Origin: a virus
Direction: 5' to 3' (one strand)
IMG/VR virus record: IMGVR_UViG_3300042868_005761
Coordinates: 96,001-160,000 of that record
DNA: 64,000 nt
Part shown: in pieces, positions 39,701 through 48,800 of the stretch
Layout of the letters: every line of letters starts with the position of its first letter
Numbering within the stretch: position 1 is the first letter of the stretch
Position numbers and translations under genes: made by a program
Notes under the pieces: model-generated
Database searches by the model: none
Seen by the model: the letters and a program-made list of their open reading frames with translations, nothing else
What the model was told of the DNA's origin: nothing

Positions 39701-41603
39701 GAACTCTACCGGCTTGTTCTCTTACTTCATTTCCCATGTCTGCAAGAGTAATGTTTTCTCTGTCTCTAAATTTAGCTCTTAAAAACTTTGCTCTTTCTTC
39801 CTGTTCTACGATAACATCCTTAGATAGTCCTCCAATCTTTAGATTGTCAGAGATTCTAATACCTCTAGTAGCAGCAACATAACTAGCTCCAGCTAAGAAT
39901 CCTACGCCCAATGAAGATATAACTCCAGTAGAGCCAGGCATCATTTCTTCAACATTGCGTCGCCAAGCGTTAACAGGAAGAACCTCTCCTACATAACTTC
40001 TAATCTCATTGCCTCTTGCTACAAGATTAGCAACTCCTGGTATTGGACCAGCTGCAAACGGACCAACTCCAGCCATACCTAAGACACCTAAGGCTGCACC
40101 CATTCCTGCGCCAACTAGTGTTCTTCTTTGCGAGTTGTCTGTAATTTGCATTGCCATCTTTTTAAAGACAGGAGCAAATCCTAAATCATCAGATAGAACT
40201 TCTGGAACTTTCTTTCCTAGATAAGCACCTAAGACGGTTAAGCCAACTGTTTGTAATCCACCTGATACTCCAGCAGTAACAGGATCTCCATTCATCATAT
40301 TCCAACCAAGCTGATTAACTGTAGCTAGAGTGAAAGCTACCTTAGCAGCCATTCCTGCGTATCTAACAAGCATTGCTGCTCCATGCCCATGATCTATTCT
40401 TGGAGCAAGATTATTCTTAGATAGGAAATTGTAAATCTTTTGCTTTGGGGCTGGAGATATATACTCAAAGAAATCACCTACCTGATTATATAGTTCTGAG
40501 AATAGTCTTGAAGTTCTTTGTAATGCCATAGAACCGTAAGCTTCAGTAAGCAAAGCTGTAGTTGCATATCGTCTTAAATTAGTTCCCTTGAAAAGACCAA
40601 GATCAGCAAGTGAAGTTCCTGCTCCATTTTTACCAGGTAGAAATTTAATTCTAGTCAAATTCTGCATTCGACCTATCATACGAGTTAACTCTGGATCCAT
40701 ATTATTTTCTGCCAAAAGAACATAACCTTCTTTGCCACCAATGCCTTCTGCAAAGGTTGCTCCTGTCTTTTTGTTCTTGAGACCAAGCGAAGGTTCGACT
40801 ACTCCAAGTAAAGCTTCTGTAAATAAACCTTTGTCTACTAGTCTTGCTGCTTTTTTATTCAAACTCTGCTTAGGTCCTGCTGCTGCGACTACCTCTCCAT
40901 ACATGTTTAATCTGCCAGCAAAAACATCCCCATCTTCAAATATTAAATAATCTAATAGTTCTAATTTTTTCCTATTCATCCTCAATTGTTTAGCATATAA
41001 ATCTAATGTCCTAGATCTATTGGTTGCACCAAGCGCATTCATACTTACGTTGAGAACTGTCTTTCCTTTCCTTTTTGTAGTATAGGATAAGACATCACTC
41101 ATATAAGTAGCTTTTGCAAATAACTTAACAACGTTATCAAATATAGGCAGATCTAAACCGCTCTGTTCTACTTTCTTAATACCAGCATACCAAAAGCTTT
41201 GCGGGTCATCAGATGAAGTAATATTCATTAACTCTTGGCTTGCTCTGAAAGTAACAGCTCTTAGAGTTTTCATAGCTTCTTTACCAGTCTTTAAATTAAA
41301 GACATCGCTGACTTTATTGACATGGCTAAAACTTCCAGACAACTGCCATGACTGGAACTTGGTACTCCTAGAGAGTTCACCTGCTCCACGTATTGCGCTT
41401 GGTCCCATAAAGAAAACAAGGCCACCGGCTGCGCTTTTCATTGCAAGATCTAATGCTTGATCAGCAACAGTAATTTCTTGCCCGGCATTCCCTGAGCCTT
41501 CTGCCCATGTTTGCTTATCTTCAGAATACTGTGATCTTTCCACTGATTGGCTAAGATCATGGTATTGAGCAAGTTGTTCTGCAATTACATTAGGTAGAGC
41601 CAT
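36708..41603 (-). CDS. Tape-measure-like / ejected membrane-channel protein with degenerate SNase-like domain (1631 aa)
   Basis: Follows the tail chaperones (canonical TMP position); several Gly/Ala-rich hydrophobic segments at aa ~415-780; OB-fold SNase-like pattern near nt 37840-38170. Confidence 0.6.
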   Translation of the reverse strand: MALPNVIAEQLAQYHDLSQSVERSQYSEDKQTWAEGSGNAGQEITVADQALDLAMKSAAGGLVFFMGPSAIRGAGELSRSTKFQSWQLSGSFSHVNKVSDVFNLKTGKEAMKTLRAVTFRASQELMNITSSDDPQSFWYAGIKKVEQSGLDLPIFDNVVKLFAKATYMSDVLSYTTKRKGKTVLNVSMNALGATNRSRTLDLYAKQLRMNRKKLELLDYLIFEDGDVFAGRLNMYGEVVAAAGPKQSLNKKAARLVDKGLFTEALLGVVEPSLGLKNKKTGATFAEGIGGKEGYVLLAENNMDPELTRMIGRMQNLTRIKFLPGKNGAGTSLADLGLFKGTNLRRYATTALLTEAYGSMALQRTSRLFSELYNQVGDFFEYISPAPKQKIYNFLSKNNLAPRIDHGHGAAMLVRYAGMAAKVAFTLATVNQLGWNMMNGDPVTAGVSGGLQTVGLTVLGAYLGKKVPEVLSDDLGFAPVFKKMAMQITDNSQRRTLVGAGMGAALGVLGMAGVGPFAAGPIPGVANLVARGNEIRSYVGEVLPVNAWRRNVEEMMPGSTGVISSLGVGFLAGASYVAATRGIRISDNLKIGGLSKDVIVEQEERAKFLRAKFRDRENITLADMGNEVREQAGRVLRATKAHEDAYPKLSDKEKIRARRTLDSTIRKIRGDTGGLSTRQTEIVEQNMNSYISSLEREGEYGLLNNPIGKVADVSNFDEIAEHVTDHTYAEAKSKIFASEKNALGRLREAIRVAPRTRSILYASTVAAAAWFVGTGSMGTLERPSELRELNQGKRLEAVRRGQKWEMGQTGYEGTDILYYRPSLTARLSSGAAQAGASGGHGPLMEMALKNFTYKLERENYWTRPAPITGAAFDQVPFIYPLIQPIADLIKKPRLMHVGEWARSDSEGNVKFVERSTGLDEIPDLSIGGLGMPAPYSPYSPSRVLGDFWEQTTSLGGLVGFYAKTAKNYLTGTPGIADQRQELESFSRNMDMASRFYDLQGGGSFLGVPFVSEPIRRFLHKDDLKQYNPIKNAMPSWMPDSFQYGNQYTNTRYGEGEYRMPGKGYVALHTELKGVNPEDYPLLHKMNILGDVAPQSPQYKGYRRQAELMRSSGEMTTEEEKFFYRHKQNVARKATDKGTDAYQFKPSTYDTISGDVTSVDASTMSFTVSGYGGRFGVAGISNDVDALISDYNLSIKQAAKLKTRNEKAFSSKIQVGQGVTVDVAASIGQAVDERGVVMGAVRNNGFNVNKDIREEGRFAKDDSPIADYAMTNPIGKMFGRAWEATTHIANRVAQPIEHIGMFGMSPVNKLLPFRDALEEYESRELYGTEMKGWDSPVAGWIAPAIKSALHNWLGFDFESPGLREKRDTEEYFDKLKYVKYSGLSQAAGMQGNEQLANQYQNIAQDTYVGGTGYVSEERLGNVLGGRESMFAAGFAREMNPGRQQDIIDALPDYKSRLMEGFYMNQDLEAINRAAGSAPMSTYGMDYAADLIVKKQKEGFDVSDPQMVDSAKLQEVSQFFNHRSMPAVDWIGFNPAVDLEDVKLKYIESEGMNYHDFGIYPSRASYMPRKPYIDEKAMQDLNNLSARNGLNGMANAAKIYSSYGVNSYNIQGPNRNQDFVSLTFNEYNTLNPFM

Positions 41604-41650
41604 ATTAACTTACTATAAAAGAGTATATTCTTATTTTCTCCTAAACCTTC

Positions 41651-42709
41651 TTATTCGGGTTTAGTTTTAAACCTCTTTTTGAAATTTGGCTTTTGTTTCG
41701 GCATTTTAGCAGCTTCATCTCTGGCTCTTTCTTGTTTCTGTACAATCAATTCATAGCCTGCTGGCATTAGTCCCATTTCCATTTGCATTGCTAATGCTTC
41801 AGCATCTGTCATAGTTGCACCAGCAAAGTCAGAACTTTCAAATCCGCCAAGTCGATTTTCTCTGTTAATTCTAATACCTGGAACATTAACAGCAACACCA
41901 TTTGAAATTGCTACAGCATCTTTTGGCGGGATGTATTCAGTTCTGCCTATCTTCTCTTCGACTTTCTTTTTGATCTCCTCTTCTTGCTTTGGCTTATTTT
42001 GCTGCTCTCTTCGGATGTCTTCTTCTTTCCTAAGTTTTGCTTCTTGTTTTTCTTGCTGTTCTTTTATCTTCAAGAGTTCCTTTAAGAAGCTGCCTTCTTC
42101 TGATTCTGGAGCAACATTAGTCTTTACAGGTTGCTTAGGCTCATTAGCTTCTTCTGAGGCCTGATCTTCAGGGTTATAAATTTCTAGAGGCTGCTTGAGC
42201 ATTCCGTTCTCTAGTAGATATCTTTCAGCGCTAGCAAATAGACTTGATATCTTGTCAAAAGACAACTTGTCTAACATCTCAAATGTATAAGCTTTAAACA
42301 CTAGACATATAACAGTATACATCTGGTATTCAACATTTGTTCTAGCAATGCTTCTGTACATATTTAACCTGAATGTGAATGCCGGGATATCAATCCTGCC
42401 ATTCCTATCCGGTATTATTCCAGAATCGCTAACATACATAATAAGATCAGAGATAGTATCTATCACACCTGCGGGCAATAGATCTATTTCTGTATCACTC
42501 CAACCTGGATCCCTAACCGTATAGTCCCTAAAGATTTTCATCTTTAGATCCCATGGAGGAATACTTTGAGCCCGTTCCGCAAAACGAATTCTCTTATATT
42601 CTCCCCATGGGATACGAGTATAGAATACAGTCAACTTACTAGATAAGTTGTAAGGAATATCTATAACATATAAGGGAATATCTTTATGTTCAAAGATATC
42701 AATTTCCAT
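41651..42709 (-). CDS. Tail assembly chaperone-like protein, long form (352 aa)
   Basis: Between tube genes and TMP; 'IDLLPAGVIDTISDLI' parallels the neighbouring chaperone; charged C-terminal tail. Confidence 0.55.
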   Translation of the reverse strand: MEIDIFEHKDIPLYVIDIPYNLSSKLTVFYTRIPWGEYKRIRFAERAQSIPPWDLKMKIFRDYTVRDPGWSDTEIDLLPAGVIDTISDLIMYVSDSGIIPDRNGRIDIPAFTFRLNMYRSIARTNVEYQMYTVICLVFKAYTFEMLDKLSFDKISSLFASAERYLLENGMLKQPLEIYNPEDQASEEANEPKQPVKTNVAPESEEGSFLKELLKIKEQQEKQEAKLRKEEDIRREQQNKPKQEEEIKKKVEEKIGRTEYIPPKDAVAISNGVAVNVPGIRINRENRLGGFESSDFAGATMTDAEALAMQMEMGLMPAGYELIVQKQERARDEAAKMPKQKPNFKKRFKTKPE

Positions 42710-42726
42710 TTTTTATCTTATTATGT

Positions 42727-43245
42727 TTAGAGCTCTTTGCTTAGCGAGAATGCAAGCTCAACTGGAATGAATGCGCTAAGTCGGCTAATCATGTTGACAA
42801 GTAGATCAGGAAGACCTGCAGGCAAGTCAGAGATGGCTTCTTCTGATAGCATTGGAAATACGCAGCCAGCTTCAAGAAGTTCTCTATTAAGCTTTTCTGC
42901 ATCTTGTCCGGCAATTTCACGAATCATTTTCATCTCGCGAACTCTTAATGGTCTAACAACAAACCACTTACCATCCTCATGAGGATAGACAATGACAGTA
43001 CCATGGCGCTCTTTCATCTTAACAAGGTAAGACTTAGAACAGCCAAGCTTTTCAAGGGAGCTGTAAAGTAACTCTTTCTCGTCCATCTCTTCTGCTTCTG
43101 GGCCATCATCAGGAAGATCAGTCTCTCCAACAACAGAAGCCATAGTCTCAGCTTCTTTACTTTCCTTTTCCTTCCTAGCCTTTTCTAGCTTTGCAGCTAA
43201 CTTGATATCTGACTCATCTTCTAACTTATTGTCTAGATCTACCAT
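42727..43245 (-). CDS. Tail assembly chaperone (172 aa)
   Basis: 'FVVRPLRVREMK...GCVFP...ISDLPAGLPDLLVNMISRLSAF' is a typical chaperone pattern; position fits; AGGAG SD. Confidence 0.65.
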   Translation of the reverse strand: MVDLDNKLEDESDIKLAAKLEKARKEKESKEAETMASVVGETDLPDDGPEAEEMDEKELLYSSLEKLGCSKSYLVKMKERHGTVIVYPHEDGKWFVVRPLRVREMKMIREIAGQDAEKLNRELLEAGCVFPMLSEEAISDLPAGLPDLLVNMISRLSAFIPVELAFSLSKEL

Positions 43246-43259
43246 AAAAACTCCTACTC

Positions 43260-44144
43260 TTATTTTGTAACTTCTTGTGCAATATCAGGTTTAATTAATG
43301 TATGTTTGTCTCTAGCTATGAACTTGTAGACCTCCATGACAGGTTGATCATCTGCCATTATCTGTTGGCTTTCGCCTATAAAATGAACACTCCTCAATAC
43401 AGTTGAAAAGGAGTTACTATAGTCTAGGATACCAGTTTGTTCGTTGTTAAACTTAGGATCACCATATGTAATTACAATGTCTATAGCTGGCCATGTCGCT
43501 GCGCTTGAATTATTGGAAAACTGATCTGGTCTTTTGTAGACCGAGTCTGGTGCAGCAAGGTCACCAGCAATTTGAATATTTCTTGGATCCGTAACTGATC
43601 CAGATGCATAACCAAACTTGCCATTGCTTTTGCTAAGGTCAATTCCGTTTAATTGATTTTCTCTTGGAGAAAATGCAGAGCGATAGTCCTGCAACTTTGA
43701 AGGACTATTAAATAGATCGTTTAGCAATTGATCGTAATTCTTATCTTGCCTTGCGGCTCCACCAACTGTAGTACCAGTTACTATTTCTCTTATTGCTTCT
43801 TCTGCAGCCTGAGCGCTAGACTCGTCATTTTGAATAAAAGCATTTCTATCAATTACTCCGGTAACTCTATCTTTCTTATACTCGACAGGACCATTTGGGA
43901 AATTATGATAATCTCTCATAATCTTAGAAAGATAATTTGCATGCTGGTAAGTCAAATACAATTGGCCTATTACAATAACCTGTCCAGTTGAGATAGCATC
44001 AAATAGCATACTATTGTATCCATAAATAGGTCTCTTGTTCTGAGAAAGATCATATGAGATACCAAAAGCATTCCCAATCAATGTCTCTCCTATAGTAAGA
44101 GAGATATTAGATCCAGTATATATACTTGCAACTTGTCTTCCCAT
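43260..44144 (-). CDS. Tail tube-fold protein, paralogue 3 (294 aa)
   Basis: Shares YTGSNI...ISY...KRPIY...G.L / IDI / FIAR pattern with the major tube gene; GGAG SD. Confidence 0.65.
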   Translation of the reverse strand: MGRQVASIYTGSNISLTIGETLIGNAFGISYDLSQNKRPIYGYNSMLFDAISTGQVIVIGQLYLTYQHANYLSKIMRDYHNFPNGPVEYKKDRVTGVIDRNAFIQNDESSAQAAEEAIREIVTGTTVGGAARQDKNYDQLLNDLFNSPSKLQDYRSAFSPRENQLNGIDLSKSNGKFGYASGSVTDPRNIQIAGDLAAPDSVYKRPDQFSNNSSAATWPAIDIVITYGDPKFNNEQTGILDYSNSFSTVLRSVHFIGESQQIMADDQPVMEVYKFIARDKHTLIKPDIAQEVTK

Positions 44145-44190
44145 TCAATCTCCAGAAACTATTTCTAGTGTGTAAATTACTTATTAAAGT

Positions 44191-44985
44191 CTAATTTAAC
44201 GGCTGTTGATCTGGTGAAGCAGGCGGTGCCGGTGTCTCGGCCACTGATGTGTCTGGAGCAGGAGCTACGGCCTCAGGTGCAGTACTTGCAACCTTAGGTG
44301 CATTTGCTTGACTCTTCCAACTACGTGTATCGCTAATCCCAACAGCATGAAAATATTCAATGTCTCTTGCAATATACTGATATTGTACTTCAGTATATAT
44401 ATCCTCTACTGACATTGTTTGCGAATCATGTACGATGTCAACGCCATATAGAATAATTTTGCCAACATCATTATCTTCATTTAGAAACAAAATAATAATA
44501 TCAAATGGCGGTAAATCACTTGGCTTACTTACTTCTCCGAAAAGACTTGTGTCCCAAGAGAAATCCCACTGTTTCTTTAGCTTTTCTTTGTTTATCTCTT
44601 CAGACTTTTCTGGGATTACATAGTCTACATCCCCTGAGCTATAAGTAAGAAATCCTCCCTTATCGTTTAAGGTTGTGTATCCAGTCGCAAATGCATTCTC
44701 ATTTAAAACATGCAGATGCATTTGGTTAAAGATTAAGGTACCAGCAATGGTTCTTCCTCCTCTTGCTACTCCAATTGGACTTTTAAATCCTAAAGCTTTT
44801 ACAGGAGTTTTTGCATTATAAGTTGAAATACTTATAGTTTGCAAAGTACCAATATTAAATACTTTTTCTTCATTTAATTGTTGGGTTCCTCTCATGTATT
44901 GTGGCAAACGAATAATAGCGTTTATGTCACAACCAGAGAATCCCATTCTACCAGTTCTAGAATATCCAGTGAATGTACTTGACAT
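44191..44985 (-). CDS. Tail tube-fold protein, paralogue 2 (264 aa)
   Basis: FSGCDI...LQTISIS...K.PV.ALG...RGGRTIAGTLIF...LPPFDI...YIARDI aligns by eye with 45188..45826. Confidence 0.75.
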   Translation of the reverse strand: MSSTFTGYSRTGRMGFSGCDINAIIRLPQYMRGTQQLNEEKVFNIGTLQTISISTYNAKTPVKALGFKSPIGVARGGRTIAGTLIFNQMHLHVLNENAFATGYTTLNDKGGFLTYSSGDVDYVIPEKSEEINKEKLKKQWDFSWDTSLFGEVSKPSDLPPFDIIILFLNEDNDVGKIILYGVDIVHDSQTMSVEDIYTEVQYQYIARDIEYFHAVGISDTRSWKSQANAPKVASTAPEAVAPAPDTSVAETPAPPASPDQQPLN

Positions 44986-44986
44986 G

Positions 44987-45115
44987 TTACCTTTTTAAGT
45001 AAGACTCAAATTTGTTTAGTATGTCTGTAAAATAGACATAAGCAAGAAACACTACAATAAGTACTATTATTGCTGCAGATATTTTTATTCTATCAGTTAA
45101 AGATTGTCCTTCCAT
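44987..45115 (-). CDS. Small single-pass membrane protein (42 aa), below the ORF-track cut-off
   Basis: ATG at 45115 with a GGAGG SD upstream; MEGQSLTDRIKISAAIIVLIVVFLAYVYFTDILNKFESYLKR*; stop lies 1 nt before the next ATG and fills the gap exactly. Confidence 0.7.
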   Translation of the reverse strand: MEGQSLTDRIKISAAIIVLIVVFLAYVYFTDILNKFESYLKR

Positions 45116-45130
45116 AAGCAATCCTCCATA

Positions 45131-45166
45131 AATAAAAAACCCACGTATATATTATATACGTGGGCT
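45131..45166 (-). terminator. Rho-independent terminator after the major tail tube gene
   Basis: Minus strand: CCCACGTATAT-AAT-ATATACGTGGG perfect 11-bp stem followed by TTTTTTATTT. Confidence 0.85.
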
Positions 45167-45187
45167 TCTTATGCTCTAACTTTAGTG

Positions 45188-45826
45188 TTAGGAGATGGTA
45201 ATCGCGCCACCATCACGCTTGATTGTACCAACGTTGCTGATACCAGAACCTGTGTCTCTGCTAGCTGTCCAGCGAGTGACCGCACGGGCAAGATATGTTG
45301 TCTGCATATCAGCCTGACGGTCTTCAATGCCCATACCCCAGCCTTCATTCATAAGCTCGCAACCATGAATAACGCAACGAGCTTGAATACCAAACTCATT
45401 ACAGGCAGCAACCGTAATGTCAAAAGGAGGAATCTGGTCGGCATAGAATGCCTTCGTAACTTCGCCTAGAGCTGCTGTGTCAAGAGTTGAAACAATTGCA
45501 GAAAGAGCTGCATCGTCTTTCTTAAGGTCTCCAGGGGAGATTTCATACTTCTTCTTTACGAAGTTACCAAGGTCTCCACCTTCGAACTGCTCAAGAATAG
45601 CATGTGTATCAAACTGGATAAAGATAAGTGAACCAGCAATACCACGCTTGCCACGTGAGAAACCACGAGGGTTAGCCTCACCTAGAACGTAGATAGGAGC
45701 CTTTTCACGCTGAATAGCGTAAGAGACTGCCATTAGGTTACCAACTTCCTTGGAACCGAAGACAGCTTTAATGTCTGCGCCAGAGAAGCTATTAAATGAT
45801 CTTGTTGTAAAATCTGCTGCGGCCAT
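45188..45826 (-). CDS. Major tail tube protein (212 aa)
   Basis: Directly after the sheath; FSGADI...RGKRGIAGSLIF...DQIPPFDI; strong AAGGAG SD; followed by a terminator. Confidence 0.8.
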   Translation of the reverse strand: MAAADFTTRSFNSFSGADIKAVFGSKEVGNLMAVSYAIQREKAPIYVLGEANPRGFSRGKRGIAGSLIFIQFDTHAILEQFEGGDLGNFVKKKYEISPGDLKKDDAALSAIVSTLDTAALGEVTKAFYADQIPPFDITVAACNEFGIQARCVIHGCELMNEGWGMGIEDRQADMQTTYLARAVTRWTASRDTGSGISNVGTIKRDGGAITIS

Positions 45827-45844
45827 TTTTGTTCTCCTTTAGAA

Positions 45845-48800
45845 TTACTGTGCGCTTAAGTTGACTGAGAAGGTAATCTGGCGAAGCTCAAATACCGGAG
45901 TAATTGTAAGCTTCACTTTCATCTTACCAAGAACACGGTCTGAAGCGCTTTGCTCAATCTTGAACGAAGCACTAGTAACCGTCTGGATAGGCTCACCAGC
46001 AATGTTATCCTTAAGGACTTCACCAATGGCGGATTCAAGAGCAGCTCTCATGGGCGCGGAAAGACCCTTGCCAATGAAAGGACGAGTCGCAACTCTCAAC
46101 TGATCAACTAGTCTTGAGATGATTCTGACCGTTGTAAGTCTTGTGTAGTCAGAGGTTGGTGATGCGAATGTCGGTGAGTCAGCAATTGAAGCAGAGACAC
46201 CATTAGGCTCGCTCTTAGCCATAACAAGACCAAGACCGCAACCAGCATCAATAACCTTAGTCTCAGTTCTGTAGTCGATGGTAAGCTGTGAAAGCTTCTC
46301 ATTGATTAGTGAGTTGGCAACTGAGATAGTAGGAAGAAGACCAGCAACCATTGTTGCGGCATTCAGGATATAGTTAGGACGACGAGGATTCAAGTCGTCT
46401 GTTGTTCTACCAAAGAAGGCAACAACGCTGACGTACTTGCCAAGATCAACCTTTCTTTGATTCTCATCTAGGACAAGGTTGGCTTCAGCGTAATCGATTA
46501 GACCATCCTTTGTAAGGAATAGACCACCATGCTTAAGGCCGTTGTTGAAGGTAGTATGACCACCAACAAACTTATGACCAAGAAGACCAGCACCATTCTC
46601 TGTCACATAGTAAGCATTCTCTTCTCCGTCAAAGACGTAAGAAGGAGCGCTACCGTAGTAAGCTCTAATAGCACGAGGATTGAGCCCACTGGGAAGAGTT
46701 GTTCCGATTACGCCATGAACAAACTTGTAATCGCTTGAGTTCTCATGGCAGTACTTGGCTAGAAGATGAGCAAAGTTTACCTCAGTGTAAAGTAGAGCAG
46801 GAGAAGCATCCCCAGGAACACCCGCACTTGCAATCTTAGGAGCAATTGAGTCATCTGACCAGTAGTAGGTGTAGGTATAGTCGCCATTATTAACAGTGGC
46901 AAGGTAACCAAGAGCGTCCTTTGATGATCCAGGAACTGGGTAAGAGCTATCAGTCCATGTAGTCTCAAGGCCATCTGCAATATTAGGACTATTTAGATGG
47001 ACAGAAAGAGGAACAATAAAATCAAAAGCAGCAAGATCAAGATCTTCGAAAGCAGTGTGGATCTTCTCGTATCTCTTTATGAGGGATAGGCTTTGACCCG
47101 TGTCACCAAGATCATAAACAACTTGGCTGCTACCAAGACCATTGGCAGCTAGATAAGCTGATGAGCCCATTTGGTAGAAAGCAGAGCCACGAAGACCATA
47201 AGAACTAACTCCCCCACCGTCTTTCACTTTCGATAGGGGGATGTAGACACCACCCTGGACAGAAGAGAAAGCTCTGTCAAGCGACAGAGGATAAAGGCCA
47301 ATATCACGGCTAACACGATGGGAAACAGACTCACCACTGATTGTTATGCCCGCACCAGTCATAGTAATAGGAGCACTAACAAAAGGTCTAGCTGCAAAAC
47401 CTGCCCAAGGATGCTCAGACGGATACACAAGCACGCCTGATGTATCATGCGTAAGGCCATTTGGTGTAAAGGTAATTTCTGGACCAACACGAGTAATGTC
47501 AAAGATATTATCTAGGGGAGAGTCTTGGAAACTTTCCTGAATCAAATCGGCAACATTGGACGCCGTTAAGGGCTGTGCTGCGCGAGTTCCCGTAACACTC
47601 ACAGTGCTAATTAAACCAAGAGCATTTACACTTGTAACTGTAAGAACAAGATTATGGTCAGGGGCTGTACCACCTAGTGCAGTTCCTGGGATAGTAAGCG
47701 TGCTTGGAGTGACACCAGCCTTAAACGGCTTGTGGACAAATCGTGTACCTGAAACAATAAAGTCAGTAACTGTGCCACCGTCGCCAACATTCACTCCAGT
47801 TACAGTAAGCGCAAGATTGTTGGCGCTTGTGCCACCAAGTTCTGTGCCCTTCCAGACAAGCACGTCACCAACTTTATAGTTTGCGCCTGCATCAGCAACT
47901 GAAACCTGTGAAACTGTATAAGCACCTGATGTCGCATAGTTAATCGTAACAGCAATTTCAAGACCAGTTCCGTCAACTTCCTCGTCAACTCTATCAACAA
48001 AACTTTCAGAAAAAGTATCAGTGCCAGCAAGAAGTTCATCGTAAATAATTACTTCATCTGAGGCAGCTGAGCCACCATCTACAACATTAACCTGAGCAGC
48101 AGTATATGCACCTGTTGCACTTCCTGTTGGGAGTGTAACTGTAAACTTTGGCATGTCACGGAAGTACCATGCGGTGCCTGCAGGCTGATTGATTTCAGTA
48201 CCAGAAGTTGCAGAAACTTCTGTGTACTCAGTTGATGAAAGATCGCCTGTGACAGTCACACCAGAAACTGTAACCGAATACTCACCGCCGGTATAACTAC
48301 CGCCGACTGAAACACCAAGCTTCAAAGTCTCTAGGGCGTCAGAGTCTGCTGCAGAACCAATTCCAAGATCAACATCTGACATATCAAAGCTAACATCAAC
48401 TTCACCGTTATCGGAAGTAGCGCCATCAAAGGCATTACCCATCCAGACAATAGCATCAGTCGTAAGATTGACGACAACAAGTTGAGCTACAACGCGGCTT
48501 TTATCTGCAACTTCTCCAGCACCATCACTTGAGTAAAGTTCAGCATGCTTATATGCGACAGCATAATTTGAAGCTGCCTCTGGAGACTGCTGAATTGGGG
48601 TAATCTTAATACCAGCAGGCGCACCAAAAGCATCAGCGCCAATGGCAGAGACAGAAGGAGCAGTGCCAGGAAGACGATATAGGTAAATGTTTGTACCACC
48701 GCCTTTCTTGACTTCGGAAGCACCGCGAGTTAGCTCGGATGTCGCACCAAATTCACGAACGACAGAAGCAATATCAGTCACTTGATAGGGCTCACTTGTT

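Noticed and set aside
16229-41603. Inteins or introns explaining the giant ORF sizes
   Set aside because: I recognised no intein C/S...HN-[CST] boundary pairs or LAGLIDADG/HNH motifs by eye, and the ORFs are uninterrupted; an HMM scan would be needed to exclude them fully.
42700-42740. Classical tail-chaperone -1 frameshift
   Set aside because: An in-frame TAA lies just upstream of the second gene's ATG, and no slippery heptamer is evident at the end of the first gene.
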